A stretch of 64,000 nt of DNA from a virus. Taxonomy: Duplodnaviria; Caudoviricetes. The notes under the pieces are model-generated. The model saw only the letters and a program-made list of their open reading frames with translations, was not told the DNA's origin and made no database searches. The DNA lies in IMG/VR virus record IMGVR_UViG_3300014205_000002, positions 96,001 through 160,000 of that record; one strand, 5' to 3'. This document shows, in pieces, positions 9,610 through 19,186 of this stretch; position 1 is the first letter of the stretch; each line of letters begins with the position of its first letter. The position numbers were made by a program, and so were the translations under genes.

Positions 9610-11126
9610 CGACCTTCAACGACGTCTACGACGGCTACACCCATCTGCCCGAGCGATCGCGCCTGGAATTCCTGCGGCAGGCCATGATCATGGGCTCGGA
9701 GATCACGAACGGCGATCTGATCGAGATGATCAAGCCGCTCGCCTGCGCCGAGAACCACTGGTGCGATCTGTTTGAGCTGTGCGTGCAGCTGATCCAGTTG
9801 GAGTTCGGCTATAGCAATGAGGCCTTGGGTCTGGAACTCAACGGTTTCGCGCGCAACGTCAACCTGCCCGAGCATGTGGCGGATCTGATGGTTACGGCCG
9901 GCTGTCCGGACTTCTGGGACGGATCGCTGAGTCACCTCTCGCCCATGTGGACCCTGAGCCGAATCGACACGATGATCCGGAGCCAATTCCCTGGCTCGGT
10001 CGTCTGCCATTGGGTGGTGATGAACCGCCATGCGATCAGCCAGGAGCAGTTTGAGTGCTTCTTTGCGCGGGCGCTGGAAACCCACGCCGACATGGCTGAC
10101 ATGGTCCCCCGCTTTCCTTGGGCGGCCGAGGAGGCGCATCTGGTCCAAGGCGGCCTTTGGCGCAAGAGTGACACCGGCATGGACGCCCTGTTCAGCATGG
10201 TCGCACAGGATCACCATCCAGTCTCGCCGGCGACGCTCCGGCGCTTCTACAGCCTCGGCTGGCAGCGTTATGGTGCGATGCTAGTGGCGCACCCTGGCCT
10301 GCCTGAGGAGGTCTTCGACTACGAGCACAGCGTCTGCGTAAACGGCACGCCCGAATGGGCCAGGCTGCACGACAGCGAGGGCCGGCTCCGAAAGCTGGTC
10401 GCCAACCCAAGCTGCCCGCCGCGCTACCTCTACTACAGCCTAGAGAGCCGGCGCTTGTGGCAGGCGATGGCCCTGAACCCCCGGCTGCCGGAGGATATCC
10501 GCAGCCTGATGTTGGCCGACGGCGACGAAGGCGTGCAGGAGGGCATGCTCCATAACGAGAGCCTGCCTGCGGAGGCGTGGAACGCAATCGCGAGCAACCT
10601 CAGCCTGGCGTATGCCGAGACCTTCTTGGTCAACCTCGCGAACCGTCAATTCAATGACTGCCTGCTGCGAGACAAGCGTTGGTCTAAAGCCTCGCTGATG
10701 CTGGCTTTCGTTGCCGTTCTCAACTTGGAGAAGTCGGGACATCGCTCACTTGTGAGCAGCAGCCAGAACTGGGTCGCGCGTTTCGCCCAGGCGGGCCAGC
10801 CGCTGGGCGACGTGGTCGTGGAGATGGTTGAGGCAATCGCCTTGGAGCGTTGGGCTTCCAATGCCTACCGCGACATCCTGCGCTGGTCGCCAAACACGTC
10901 TCCGGCGACGCTCTGGGCCATGCTTGAAAACAGCACCGAGGCGGACACGGGGCTCGCGAGCGATCTCGTCACCCACCCAGCGGCCAACATCAAGCTACTC
11001 AAGGCGATCGCGGAGAAGTGGCTGGGCCATGACCTCTACATCGTCCAGCACGCCACCAAGCGCATCAACGAACTTTACAAGGAGGCTACAGTCCATGGCA
11101 CTCTCACCCCTGGAACTGATCCATGA
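9606..11126 (+). CDS. LRV/HEAT-like helical-repeat protein, paralog 3
   Basis: ATGA overlap; LVAHPGLP, LVANPSCP, MALNPRLP, LVTHPAAN. Confidence 0.82.
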   Translation: MTTFNDVYDGYTHLPERSRLEFLRQAMIMGSEITNGDLIEMIKPLACAENHWCDLFELCVQLIQLEFGYSNEALGLELNGFARNVNLPEHVADLMVTAGCPDFWDGSLSHLSPMWTLSRIDTMIRSQFPGSVVCHWVVMNRHAISQEQFECFFARALETHADMADMVPRFPWAAEEAHLVQGGLWRKSDTGMDALFSMVAQDHHPVSPATLRRFYSLGWQRYGAMLVAHPGLPEEVFDYEHSVCVNGTPEWARLHDSEGRLRKLVANPSCPPRYLYYSLESRRLWQAMALNPRLPEDIRSLMLADGDEGVQEGMLHNESLPAEAWNAIASNLSLAYAETFLVNLANRQFNDCLLRDKRWSKASLMLAFVAVLNLEKSGHRSLVSSSQNWVARFAQAGQPLGDVVVEMVEAIALERWASNAYRDILRWSPNTSPATLWAMLENSTEADTGLASDLVTHPAANIKLLKAIAEKWLGHDLYIVQHATKRINELYKEATVHGTLTPGTDP

Positions 11127-12573
11127 GCAGATCGACGAGCTGTCGGACACCGATCGCGGGGAGTTGGCCGCCCAGCTGACCTGGCGCTTCCTCAAGGGCG
11201 AGGACAGCTCCCAGGACGGCTTCCTCGGCGATCTCGCGAACCGCATCGGCCAGGACATGATCGACGCACCGCACAAGCTCGCCTTCGTGACGGAATTGCT
11301 CAACCTGTCTGGCTCCTACAACGGGTACCACTCGGGTGCTTCGGACATGGCCAAGCGGATCCTGCAACGCGACAACGTGCCAACTCACACCGTCGACGTC
11401 ATGATCACGGGCCATCTCGACGCGGTGCTGCTGGAGCCTATTTCCTCGCAATACAAGTACCAGCTGACCCAGCCACAGGTCGACAGGATCGCGGGCCAGT
11501 ACAGCGCCTCGGATCGAGCGATCGACTTCGTGAAGCGCGAGGCTGCGCGCATCACGCCGGCGCGCTACGACGAGTTCCTCGCACGGGCGATGAAGGAGCA
11601 CCTCTTCTTCGACGATGAAGACGGGCGCTACCGGCCACGCAAGATCGACGACATCATGGGGCCCGTCGTTCACGGCAAGCAGCCGGGGAACGCGGAGTTG
11701 ATTGCCCAGGCTGTCGGACGCTCGGACCAGGTGGCCCGCAGCCTCGCCAAACATGGGCTACTTCCGCTCGCGTTCATCGAGGAGAACATGGCGCGCTTCG
11801 CGGAGTTGGAAGGTCCGCTGCAAACCTGGGACAGCGAGTTGCGCGAAGGCCTGCTCGCCAACCCGAGCACACCAGAGAAGTACCTCTACTTCTACGCAGA
11901 GGACGAGGAGCGCCGATCCTGGTTTAGCCTGGCCGAAAACCCCAAGCTGCCCATGGATCTCGCGAACCTGCTGGTGAGCCAGGGCAACGATGGCGTGGCG
12001 TTGGCGTTGGCGACGAACAAGTCGCTCGACGCGAAGCTCTGGAACGAGGCCGTTTGCCACCTCGCACGCTCGGAGCGCATGCGCGACGGAAAGTCCTCGG
12101 ACTACATCCGCGACCCCCGGGCGACGGTGGACACGCTGGTTTACCTGTGCGAGCGGATGGCGGCGTGGCGCGAAGCCAACCAGGGCGGCTACCAGCATGT
12201 GGCCTGGTTTCCGGCCTTCATGCGCACGGGGATGCCGGGTGGCGTGGTGGCACGCTTCATCACCATCGTCGCCGCTTACAAGTGGGGCAAGGACGCCATG
12301 CTCGCCGCGCTGGAGGCAGCCGCCGGCGAGCGCTTCGAGATCACCGCGGCAGCCCTGCGGATGATGAGTACGCACGCCAAGGGCGGCAGCAAGGCGGCCA
12401 TGACCATGCGGCTGCTGCTCGCCGGGCAAGCAACCACTCCAGACGATATACTGGTCACGCTGGCCGGCTCGAACGACGAGGCGATCGCCGGCGCGGCCAA
12501 GTCCCAGATGATGCGCCGCGGAGCCAGCGACGTCATCAGCGCCTATTACCAGAAGGAGTCCAAGAAAAAATGA
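11095..12573 (+). CDS. LRV/HEAT-like helical-repeat protein, paralog 4
   Basis: AGGAGG RBS; LLANPSTP, LAENPKLP, LATNKSLD. Confidence 0.82.
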   Translation: MALSPLELIHEQIDELSDTDRGELAAQLTWRFLKGEDSSQDGFLGDLANRIGQDMIDAPHKLAFVTELLNLSGSYNGYHSGASDMAKRILQRDNVPTHTVDVMITGHLDAVLLEPISSQYKYQLTQPQVDRIAGQYSASDRAIDFVKREAARITPARYDEFLARAMKEHLFFDDEDGRYRPRKIDDIMGPVVHGKQPGNAELIAQAVGRSDQVARSLAKHGLLPLAFIEENMARFAELEGPLQTWDSELREGLLANPSTPEKYLYFYAEDEERRSWFSLAENPKLPMDLANLLVSQGNDGVALALATNKSLDAKLWNEAVCHLARSERMRDGKSSDYIRDPRATVDTLVYLCERMAAWREANQGGYQHVAWFPAFMRTGMPGGVVARFITIVAAYKWGKDAMLAALEAAAGERFEITAAALRMMSTHAKGGSKAAMTMRLLLAGQATTPDDILVTLAGSNDEAIAGAAKSQMMRRGASDVISAYYQKESKKK

Positions 12574-13343
12574 CCGTACGCAGCTACAACAAGCAGGCAA
12601 TGATCGCCGAACTCCGCGCCCACGCGCTGACCTCAGTGACGCCCGCCCGCCTCGGCCATGAGGGCGCTCGAACGCCGGGTGCGAAGGGCGTCTTGCTGAT
12701 GCTCAACCACCTGGAGAAGAACACGGACTTCTTCGACGCGCCCGCCAGCTCCCGCCGGCACTACCACAAGTCCGAGGTCGGCGGGCTCGCCCAGCACTCG
12801 TGGAACGTGATCAAGCTGATGCAGCGCTTCATCGTCGCCACCTTCAACGACACGGCGCAGGCCGAGCTGTACTGGTCGGCCACGCCGACGGCGGCAGCTC
12901 TCGACACCAAGGCGCTCTTGGAAAGTTGTTTCGTAATTGGCTTGTGCCATGACCTCAATAAGACCACGGTCTGGGGTCATCGGCAGTACGTCGACAACAT
13001 GCTCGTCAAGGGCCGCTCTGAGGCCGAGCCGTGGAAGAAGAACGCCCAGCGCGTGAAGCTCGGCTCGACCGACCAGGTGCTGCTCGCGTCGGAGTTCATC
13101 GACCTCAAGGCCGACGAGGTGCAGGGCATCCGCTACATCGAGGGCATGTACGATCGCAGCTTCATGGCCGACCTCGGTGCCAATTTCGAGTTCCTCACGC
13201 TGGCCGCTCACCACGCGGACATCATGGCCTCGCACGTCGTCGAGTCCAACGTGCCGTGGGATCGCGATCACCGCACCTGGGGCGCTCAGTTCGGGGCCTA
13301 CGCCAGTGTGCCCCAGACGGCCGAGGAGGCTGCCATCCTCTGA
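12570..13343 (+). CDS. HD-domain phosphohydrolase (YhaM-like phage family)
   Basis: FFDAPASSRRHYH...GGLAQHS, LCHDLNK, HHAD. Confidence 0.88.
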   Translation: MTVRSYNKQAMIAELRAHALTSVTPARLGHEGARTPGAKGVLLMLNHLEKNTDFFDAPASSRRHYHKSEVGGLAQHSWNVIKLMQRFIVATFNDTAQAELYWSATPTAAALDTKALLESCFVIGLCHDLNKTTVWGHRQYVDNMLVKGRSEAEPWKKNAQRVKLGSTDQVLLASEFIDLKADEVQGIRYIEGMYDRSFMADLGANFEFLTLAAHHADIMASHVVESNVPWDRDHRTWGAQFGAYASVPQTAEEAAIL

Positions 13344-13354
13344 AAGGAGGACCC

Positions 13355-14149
13355 GTGTCCACATTGAACGAATCGAAGGCCGCGCTGGTGAAGCGCGGCC
13401 TTCCTGCTGAGGCCGTCGCGATCCTGGCGGCCCAGCTCCCAGCGGGCGATCTCTCGTACAAACCGAAGAAGGTCATCAAGTCCACGACGGGCCAGGGCTT
13501 CGTGGCGCTCGCGATCGCCTACGTCGATCGCGACGCGGTCTGCAAGCGCCTGCACGAGAGCGGTCTCGCCTGGAGCTACAAGCCCACCCTGATCGAGCGC
13601 ACCAACGTCTACGCGTGCATCCTGGGTACAATCCTCGTGACGCTGGAAAGCGGCGTCGTGGTCGAGTTCTCCGACTACGGCGAGGCCGAGAACGGCCGCG
13701 GGTATGCGGATCGCGAACTCGTCAAGGAGGCGAACACCGATGCGATCAAGCGCGCCGGTCGTATGCTGCTGATCGGGGCGGAGATGTCCAAGGTCAAGAA
13801 GGTCTGGAAGCCCTGTCTCGTCGAGAACGAGCGGGATACCAAGCTGAAATTCCAGGCCTGGGTGGAGGAGGTCGATCCCGAGCCTCCGGCCATACCGCCG
13901 GTGACCAAGCCGATCACGCCGGCCGTGGTCGCCGTGATCAATACGAAGCCGCCACCTCCGCATGTGGAGCGCATCGAGAAGCTGATCGAGAAGCATGCGA
14001 TCAAGCGGTCGGAGCTGATCCTCTACATCCAGAACACGTTCAAGGTCAACGACTTCGCCCTGCTGACGGAGGCCAACGCCCAGGTCGTGGTCGACACCAT
14101 CGTGCGCAAGTACGAGAGCCCCAAGGAGGTCCCGATTGGACGCAGTTAG
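13355..14149 (+). CDS. Rad52/Rad22 (Sak)-family ssDNA annealing protein
   Basis: AYVDRDAVCKRL...W; KEANTDAIKRAGRMLLIG; AAGGAGG RBS with GTG start. Confidence 0.85.
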   Translation: MSTLNESKAALVKRGLPAEAVAILAAQLPAGDLSYKPKKVIKSTTGQGFVALAIAYVDRDAVCKRLHESGLAWSYKPTLIERTNVYACILGTILVTLESGVVVEFSDYGEAENGRGYADRELVKEANTDAIKRAGRMLLIGAEMSKVKKVWKPCLVENERDTKLKFQAWVEEVDPEPPAIPPVTKPITPAVVAVINTKPPPPHVERIEKLIEKHAIKRSELILYIQNTFKVNDFALLTEANAQVVVDTIVRKYESPKEVPIGRS

Positions 14150-14567
14150 CTACACCCCGCAAGACAACGGCCTCACGCCCGGCGGCACCCCGCCGCGCGA
14201 GGAAGCGCGCACCTTCACCGCGGGCTTCACGCCCCCGTGGATCATCTACGGGGCGATGCCCGAGACCTACCAGATGAAGATCGTCGGCGAGGAACTGGAC
14301 GCCATCTTCGAGGCCGGCGACTTCATCGGCGACTACGGCCTACTCAAGGGCCGCTACAACTGGGGCGACGCCAACGGTGTCCACGTCAAGCGCGAGGACA
14401 TGATGGTGCTGCTGCTCGCGTTGCAGCTCTATGAGCAGTTCGGCTGGAACGCGCAGTACAGCGCCCCGAGCGACCAGGAAGAAGAGGATCGCGGAGCGGT
14501 GCTCAGGGAGGCCGCCAGCAGCCTGCGCTCGGCCATCCTGGAGACCCTCGGCATTGACGAGGTCTGA
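14136..14567 (+). CDS. hypothetical protein
   Basis: AAGGAGG RBS with TTG start; coding-like bias. Confidence 0.75.
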   Translation: MDAVSYTPQDNGLTPGGTPPREEARTFTAGFTPPWIIYGAMPETYQMKIVGEELDAIFEAGDFIGDYGLLKGRYNWGDANGVHVKREDMMVLLLALQLYEQFGWNAQYSAPSDQEEEDRGAVLREAASSLRSAILETLGIDEV

Positions 14568-14568
14568 G

Positions 14569-15051
14569 ATGGGCGAGGTCGACCTCACGTGGGCCTTTGA
14601 CCTCGTCGCGCCGATCTATTGCACGGATTGGTCGAATGGCGTTCGCAACATAGCGGAGGCCCGGCTCGCGCTCACCCGGCTCAAGCTCGCGGATCGGCTG
14701 CGGCTGTCCCTGCTGCTGCCGCATCTCGGCATCGCGCCGGGTGACTTCACCCAGCTGCTGGTAGATCTGACGGACGGCCTGGAGTTGCCCGGAACCAAGG
14801 CCCTGCGCTACGTGGCCCACACCGTCTACGACGTCGCCTTCGTGGAACTCGTGAGTCTCTGGGGCGAGGACTTCCTGGTGCTCGACGAAAGCAAGTGCGG
14901 ATTCATCCGCAAGGACGACCCTGACCGTGGTCGAGTCTTCTCAACCGATCTCGCCACGGGCTGGACGGCGTTCATGAGCGCACGGAATCTACACCGCCGG
15001 ATCGACCTAATTGCGCGCGACCTTGTGCCTCATGGGGCTGGCCCACTGTGA
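14569..15051 (+). CDS. hypothetical protein, tandem family A copy 1
   Basis: Aligns by eye with the next ORF (DLVAPI/DLIGPI; ARLALTRLKLADRLRL/ARVALVKLALADRQRL). Confidence 0.8.
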   Translation: MGEVDLTWAFDLVAPIYCTDWSNGVRNIAEARLALTRLKLADRLRLSLLLPHLGIAPGDFTQLLVDLTDGLELPGTKALRYVAHTVYDVAFVELVSLWGEDFLVLDESKCGFIRKDDPDRGRVFSTDLATGWTAFMSARNLHRRIDLIARDLVPHGAGPL

Positions 15052-15530
15052 CGCCGGTGGTGACGCCCGAGGCCCTGGAGTTGCTTGATCTGATCGGCCC
15101 GATCGACAACTACGCGAATGTGAGCCTGCGCTTTGAGAGGCCGGCCCGCGTGGCGTTGGTGAAACTCGCGCTCGCCGACAGGCAGCGCCTGCTCGCGGGG
15201 ACAGCCATCTCGGGCAGCGTGCATGTCGGATCCATGCTGCTGGAACTCGTGACGGACGGCGCGTCGCTCGACGACGCGGTGTGGGGTGCCGCGATCAGCG
15301 ACATCTACCAGGCTGTCTTCCCGAATCTCGTTTTGGGGATGGCGAAAGGCAAGCTCATGATCCACCCCCAGGCTCGCCACATATTTCTCACCGGCGAACC
15401 GGACGCCGTGCTGTTTCAAGCCCGCAGTGACCCATGGCCCAGCTTCTCCAGCGCGGAGGAGCTGGCTCGCGAGATCGATAGCGTTCTCGCCGTAGGCCAT
15501 GACCACCCCTCGATCTGGAGGACCTCATGA
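15048..15530 (+). CDS. hypothetical protein, tandem family A copy 2
   Basis: GTGA overlap; paralog of 14569-15051. Confidence 0.8.
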   Translation: MTPVVTPEALELLDLIGPIDNYANVSLRFERPARVALVKLALADRQRLLAGTAISGSVHVGSMLLELVTDGASLDDAVWGAAISDIYQAVFPNLVLGMAKGKLMIHPQARHIFLTGEPDAVLFQARSDPWPSFSSAEELAREIDSVLAVGHDHPSIWRTS

Positions 15531-16381
15531 TGATGACCGAAACAAAACTGGCGTTCAAGCCTTTCCCCGCCGGCGTCACGACCTTCTGGCTGGAGGACGT
15601 GGCGGCCATCCGGATCAGAGTTCGGGATCAGCGCACCTACACCTACAAGGGGCGCTACGGCAACCTGGAGACGGACACGCCCTGGCGGCCCGAGGCCGCG
15701 CGCTCGTTCTTCGCGCATCTGGCCCACATCAAGGGCAAGCTCGTGAAGTGCAAGCGTGACACGACGACCAGCATCACGATCGTGCTCAAGGACGGCAGGG
15801 AGTTGCCGAACCTGGAGTTCTGGGAGCACGAACTCCAGGCATTCTGGCAGGGACAGCCTCAGCCGCCAGGCTTCGGTAGCAAGGCCGCCTGCTACAACGG
15901 CTGGCAGGTCGACTACGTGCTCATGAGCGAGGAGCGGGGCCAGATGGCGCGCCTGCGGGTGACGATGCCGCGGGAGATCCTCCAGGCGGCGATCGCCCAG
16001 GTCCCCAAGATCGCCCACTCCACGACCAGCGGCACCTACCGGCTTGCCGAGCGGCATGTGAAGTACTGGAAGCCCTCGGTGCGCGTGGAGATGCCGCCCG
16101 AGGCGCTCGCCATCTACAAGGCGAACTGGAACGTCGCCAAGGCTGGCGAGACGAACCTGCGCGAGCAGATGTGCCGGCTCGTGAATATCGCCCGCAACGG
16201 CTCGCGCAACCAACGTCAGCCTGGTCGTCTACGGCTCTACGCGGAGAGCCCGCGGAGCTTCGGCTGGTCAGCCCAGACCGGCACCGGCAAGCCGAGCATG
16301 CATGGCGGCCTGATCTTCCATGGCGATCGCGGACCTAACGACGAGCGCCTGGAGACCGGCTACTACTCGATCCACACCTGA
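15527..16381 (+). CDS. protein with C-terminal DUF4120-like domain
   Basis: SF.W...GGLIFHG...YSIHT C-terminal motif. Confidence 0.65.
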   Translation: MMMTETKLAFKPFPAGVTTFWLEDVAAIRIRVRDQRTYTYKGRYGNLETDTPWRPEAARSFFAHLAHIKGKLVKCKRDTTTSITIVLKDGRELPNLEFWEHELQAFWQGQPQPPGFGSKAACYNGWQVDYVLMSEERGQMARLRVTMPREILQAAIAQVPKIAHSTTSGTYRLAERHVKYWKPSVRVEMPPEALAIYKANWNVAKAGETNLREQMCRLVNIARNGSRNQRQPGRLRLYAESPRSFGWSAQTGTGKPSMHGGLIFHGDRGPNDERLETGYYSIHT

Positions 16382-16388
16382 GGTGACC

Positions 16389-17150
16389 ATGGGAAAGTTT
16401 TTTGAAGCGGCCGTGAGCGCGTATGCGGCCACGGTGGCTCACGAGAAAGCCAAGGAGGCAGCAGAAGCCGCCTCTTTGAACCTGCTCGACAAGGTTTACC
16501 ACGAGCAGAAGCCGCGCTTCGACGAGGCGACCCGGCTGATCGAAGGCCTGGTGTCCGAGCTATCGACACAGGCTTTCATAAAATACGAGCCGCTCCACGA
16601 GACGCCGCGCGTCCCGTTGCCACCGGGAACGCCGCTATTCAACCCCCAGGCCGCCGTGAGAAACCGAAGGGAGGATCTGGCACGCCACTGGATGCTGGTG
16701 GGTGCGTCCAAAAGCGACGAGGATCGCATCTACGATCTGCGCGCCAACGCGGTGATCAGCCTGATGTGCGCGACCAACGAGCCGTCCACCGCCGAGGACG
16801 TCCCCTGGGGAGGTAGCTTCTCCCATAGCCTGTCTCTGACGACCTACTGCTTTCTCGTGCCCAGCAAAGAGAAGACAGGGTATAATTTCCCCTTGGTTGC
16901 TACAGTCGACCCGCTGACGGCCGATCTGAGTGAGATCGCCGAAGCCATGGCGGCGGGCGCGGCCATGGTTAACGCGTTCATCAGACGCTTTGAGTGGCAT
17001 CTAAATACGACCACCAGCGTCGACAGTCAGACCCTCTTCAATATGACCGCCACCGATGATGTAACGCCTCTCTATCTGGACTTCGCCGCCCAAGACTTCC
17101 GGTCGTTCCAGGTGCCGCACGCGCAGGCTGGACCGACCAACCAGACCTAG
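16389..17150 (+). CDS. hypothetical protein, tandem family B copy 1
   Basis: GAGGTG RBS; motifs shared with the next two ORFs. Confidence 0.8.
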   Translation: MGKFFEAAVSAYAATVAHEKAKEAAEAASLNLLDKVYHEQKPRFDEATRLIEGLVSELSTQAFIKYEPLHETPRVPLPPGTPLFNPQAAVRNRREDLARHWMLVGASKSDEDRIYDLRANAVISLMCATNEPSTAEDVPWGGSFSHSLSLTTYCFLVPSKEKTGYNFPLVATVDPLTADLSEIAEAMAAGAAMVNAFIRRFEWHLNTTTSVDSQTLFNMTATDDVTPLYLDFAAQDFRSFQVPHAQAGPTNQT

Positions 17151-17164
17151 CAGGAGAACCCGAC

Positions 17165-17905
17165 GTGAGCACGAACTATTACGACCAGCTGGCCGCGGAC
17201 AAGGCGGCGTCCGATGCGGCGATCGCGCTGGCCGCATCGAATCAAACCGCAAACGATGCGGCCTTCACGGCTGCGATCACCCGTGAGGGTCCGCTCTATA
17301 TCGCGCGACGCCTGCTCGTTAGTGCGGTGGTAGCGGACCTCCGCGACAACGCCGGCCTGGATGTGCAGTTCGGCGGGGAGCTGCCGGATCTGCTCGCGAG
17401 CACATGGGCTTTCTTGCCTCTGGCTGGTATGCACAGGGTCAATCAGCCCCATGTCGTCCGTCACGTCGACAGGGCGGAGGCCAAGGCCATAGGCGGAGGT
17501 CGGACCTTCTGGTCCATAGCCACAGCGGTTCTCGCGGTCGTTATCGACGACATCCCGGACCCCGCGCATGCGACGCTCTGGGTGGATACGGCCCGACTCT
17601 GTCTCGATGTGCGACTGGAGGTCGCGGGACATGACCCCCGCAAGAGCGAGGCCAACGAGGCATTCAGCCCAATCATGCTGCCCTTCATTCGGATGAAGCT
17701 GGAGTCGAACGTCAGCGACGCCCAGCTTCGCGAGGCGCTCGCAGCCGCCGTCAGTCTGGGGCGCATCTGGATGCAGACCGTCGTCGACGGGATCGATGAA
17801 GCCAAGCCGTTGGATGGTGAGCATCCGGCGGTACGCTTCGCGCGGGACGCATTGGCCGTGGCTTATGTCCCCTACTGCGACGCGAATCCCGGACTCCTTC
17901 TTTGA
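17165..17905 (+). CDS. hypothetical protein, tandem family B copy 2
   Basis: AGGAG RBS, GTG; AVLAVVIDD...WVDTAR; REALAAA. Confidence 0.8.
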   Translation: MSTNYYDQLAADKAASDAAIALAASNQTANDAAFTAAITREGPLYIARRLLVSAVVADLRDNAGLDVQFGGELPDLLASTWAFLPLAGMHRVNQPHVVRHVDRAEAKAIGGGRTFWSIATAVLAVVIDDIPDPAHATLWVDTARLCLDVRLEVAGHDPRKSEANEAFSPIMLPFIRMKLESNVSDAQLREALAAAVSLGRIWMQTVVDGIDEAKPLDGEHPAVRFARDALAVAYVPYCDANPGLLL

Positions 17906-18747
17906 ATCCAATGTCGAGCGAGACGCTCGCCCGGATCAAGCGATCGCGCAGACCAGGCGAACTGGTCGAGCACTACGCTTTGAGGTCGAGCTACAACGTA
18001 CCCACCCACCAGCAACAAGGAGGCATCTTCGTGTTCATCGACCGGTTTCGCGAAGCCCGCGTGCAGCGCGACGACATCGCCAAGATTCGCGGGGAGGTCG
18101 GCCTAGAGAATGCAGGCCGGGTCATCACAGCCCTGGAGCGCGTGCGGCCGGCCTACGAGGAAGCCGCCAAGATGCTCACGGCGGTGACCGGTGAGCTGCG
18201 GATCGACACCACGCTCGACTTCGCGGCCCGCAATGACGACAAGTACGTCGAGGAGAACGTCTTCGGGCTCAAGATTCTCGACAAGCGGATCAAGTCCTGG
18301 GAAATGTACACCGAGGAACACATGCTCTGGCCCAAGGGCTTCAAGGCGCATGTTTATGCGGCGGCGATCCTGGTGGTGGTCAGCGACCAGCTGATCACCC
18401 CGCTCGACACCGAGCCGTGGAAGGACGACGCGCGCGTGGTGCTCGGCATCTACGGCGGCTTCGGCACGGATCTCCCGCTCAACGAGCCCGGCTTCAAGTT
18501 TCGCGTCGTCGAGCCGTGCGATCCCATGACGCTGCGGCCGTCGCTGATCGCCGAGGCGCTCGCGGGCGCGATGGCGGTGACCGAAGACGCGCTCGCCGCC
18601 ACCGTGAATTACGCCAGATGGGGCGATGGCCCCACGCCCACCTTCGCCGACGACGGCGGCACCCACCCCATCATCTCGGCCGCCCGCCAGGCGTCGGCCG
18701 AGACGTTCAAAGCCGTCACCCATTACCTCCAGAACCCAACCCCCTAG
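17902..18747 (+). CDS. hypothetical protein, tandem family B copy 3
   Basis: AILVVVSD...WKDDAR; DPMTLRPSLIAEALAGA. Confidence 0.8.
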   Translation: MNPMSSETLARIKRSRRPGELVEHYALRSSYNVPTHQQQGGIFVFIDRFREARVQRDDIAKIRGEVGLENAGRVITALERVRPAYEEAAKMLTAVTGELRIDTTLDFAARNDDKYVEENVFGLKILDKRIKSWEMYTEEHMLWPKGFKAHVYAAAILVVVSDQLITPLDTEPWKDDARVVLGIYGGFGTDLPLNEPGFKFRVVEPCDPMTLRPSLIAEALAGAMAVTEDALAATVNYARWGDGPTPTFADDGGTHPIISAARQASAETFKAVTHYLQNPTP

Positions 18748-18757
18748 CGAGGCCCCC

Positions 18758-19186
18758 ATGCACTCTTACTTTCAGAACTTCCCGTTCAGCCTCCTGGCGC
18801 TGTTTAGTCAGTTGACACCGCCTGCTGAGTCCCCGTTCGTTGAGCCCGTCACAGAGGAGCCTGACCCTGGTACGTCGAACGGCGTGAGTCTGGGGTTGTT
18901 GGTCGACCCCGAGATCTTCAAGGCCAAGCAGGCCATGGTGTTAATGGCAGAGCTCGACACAATTTCAGCTGAGATGAACAAGGCGATGGAACCCTTTCAA
19001 CGTCGCCTGATGGTCGCGAGCATGCAGCGGCAGACCGCCAGTATCGAGCTTGCGGCGATGCTGCATGAGCGACTGGGTATCCCGATGGCGATGCCCGCGT
19101 TTATCAGTCCCGATCAGGAGGTGGTACTGATCAGGGCCGGAGCGGAGGCGGCGGGACTCAAAGGCAAGCCCTATGACCTCTGCTGA
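18758..19186 (+). CDS. hypothetical protein
   Basis: GAGG RBS; ATG 18758. Confidence 0.65.
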   Translation: MHSYFQNFPFSLLALFSQLTPPAESPFVEPVTEEPDPGTSNGVSLGLLVDPEIFKAKQAMVLMAELDTISAEMNKAMEPFQRRLMVASMQRQTASIELAAMLHERLGIPMAMPAFISPDQEVVLIRAGAEAAGLKGKPYDLC

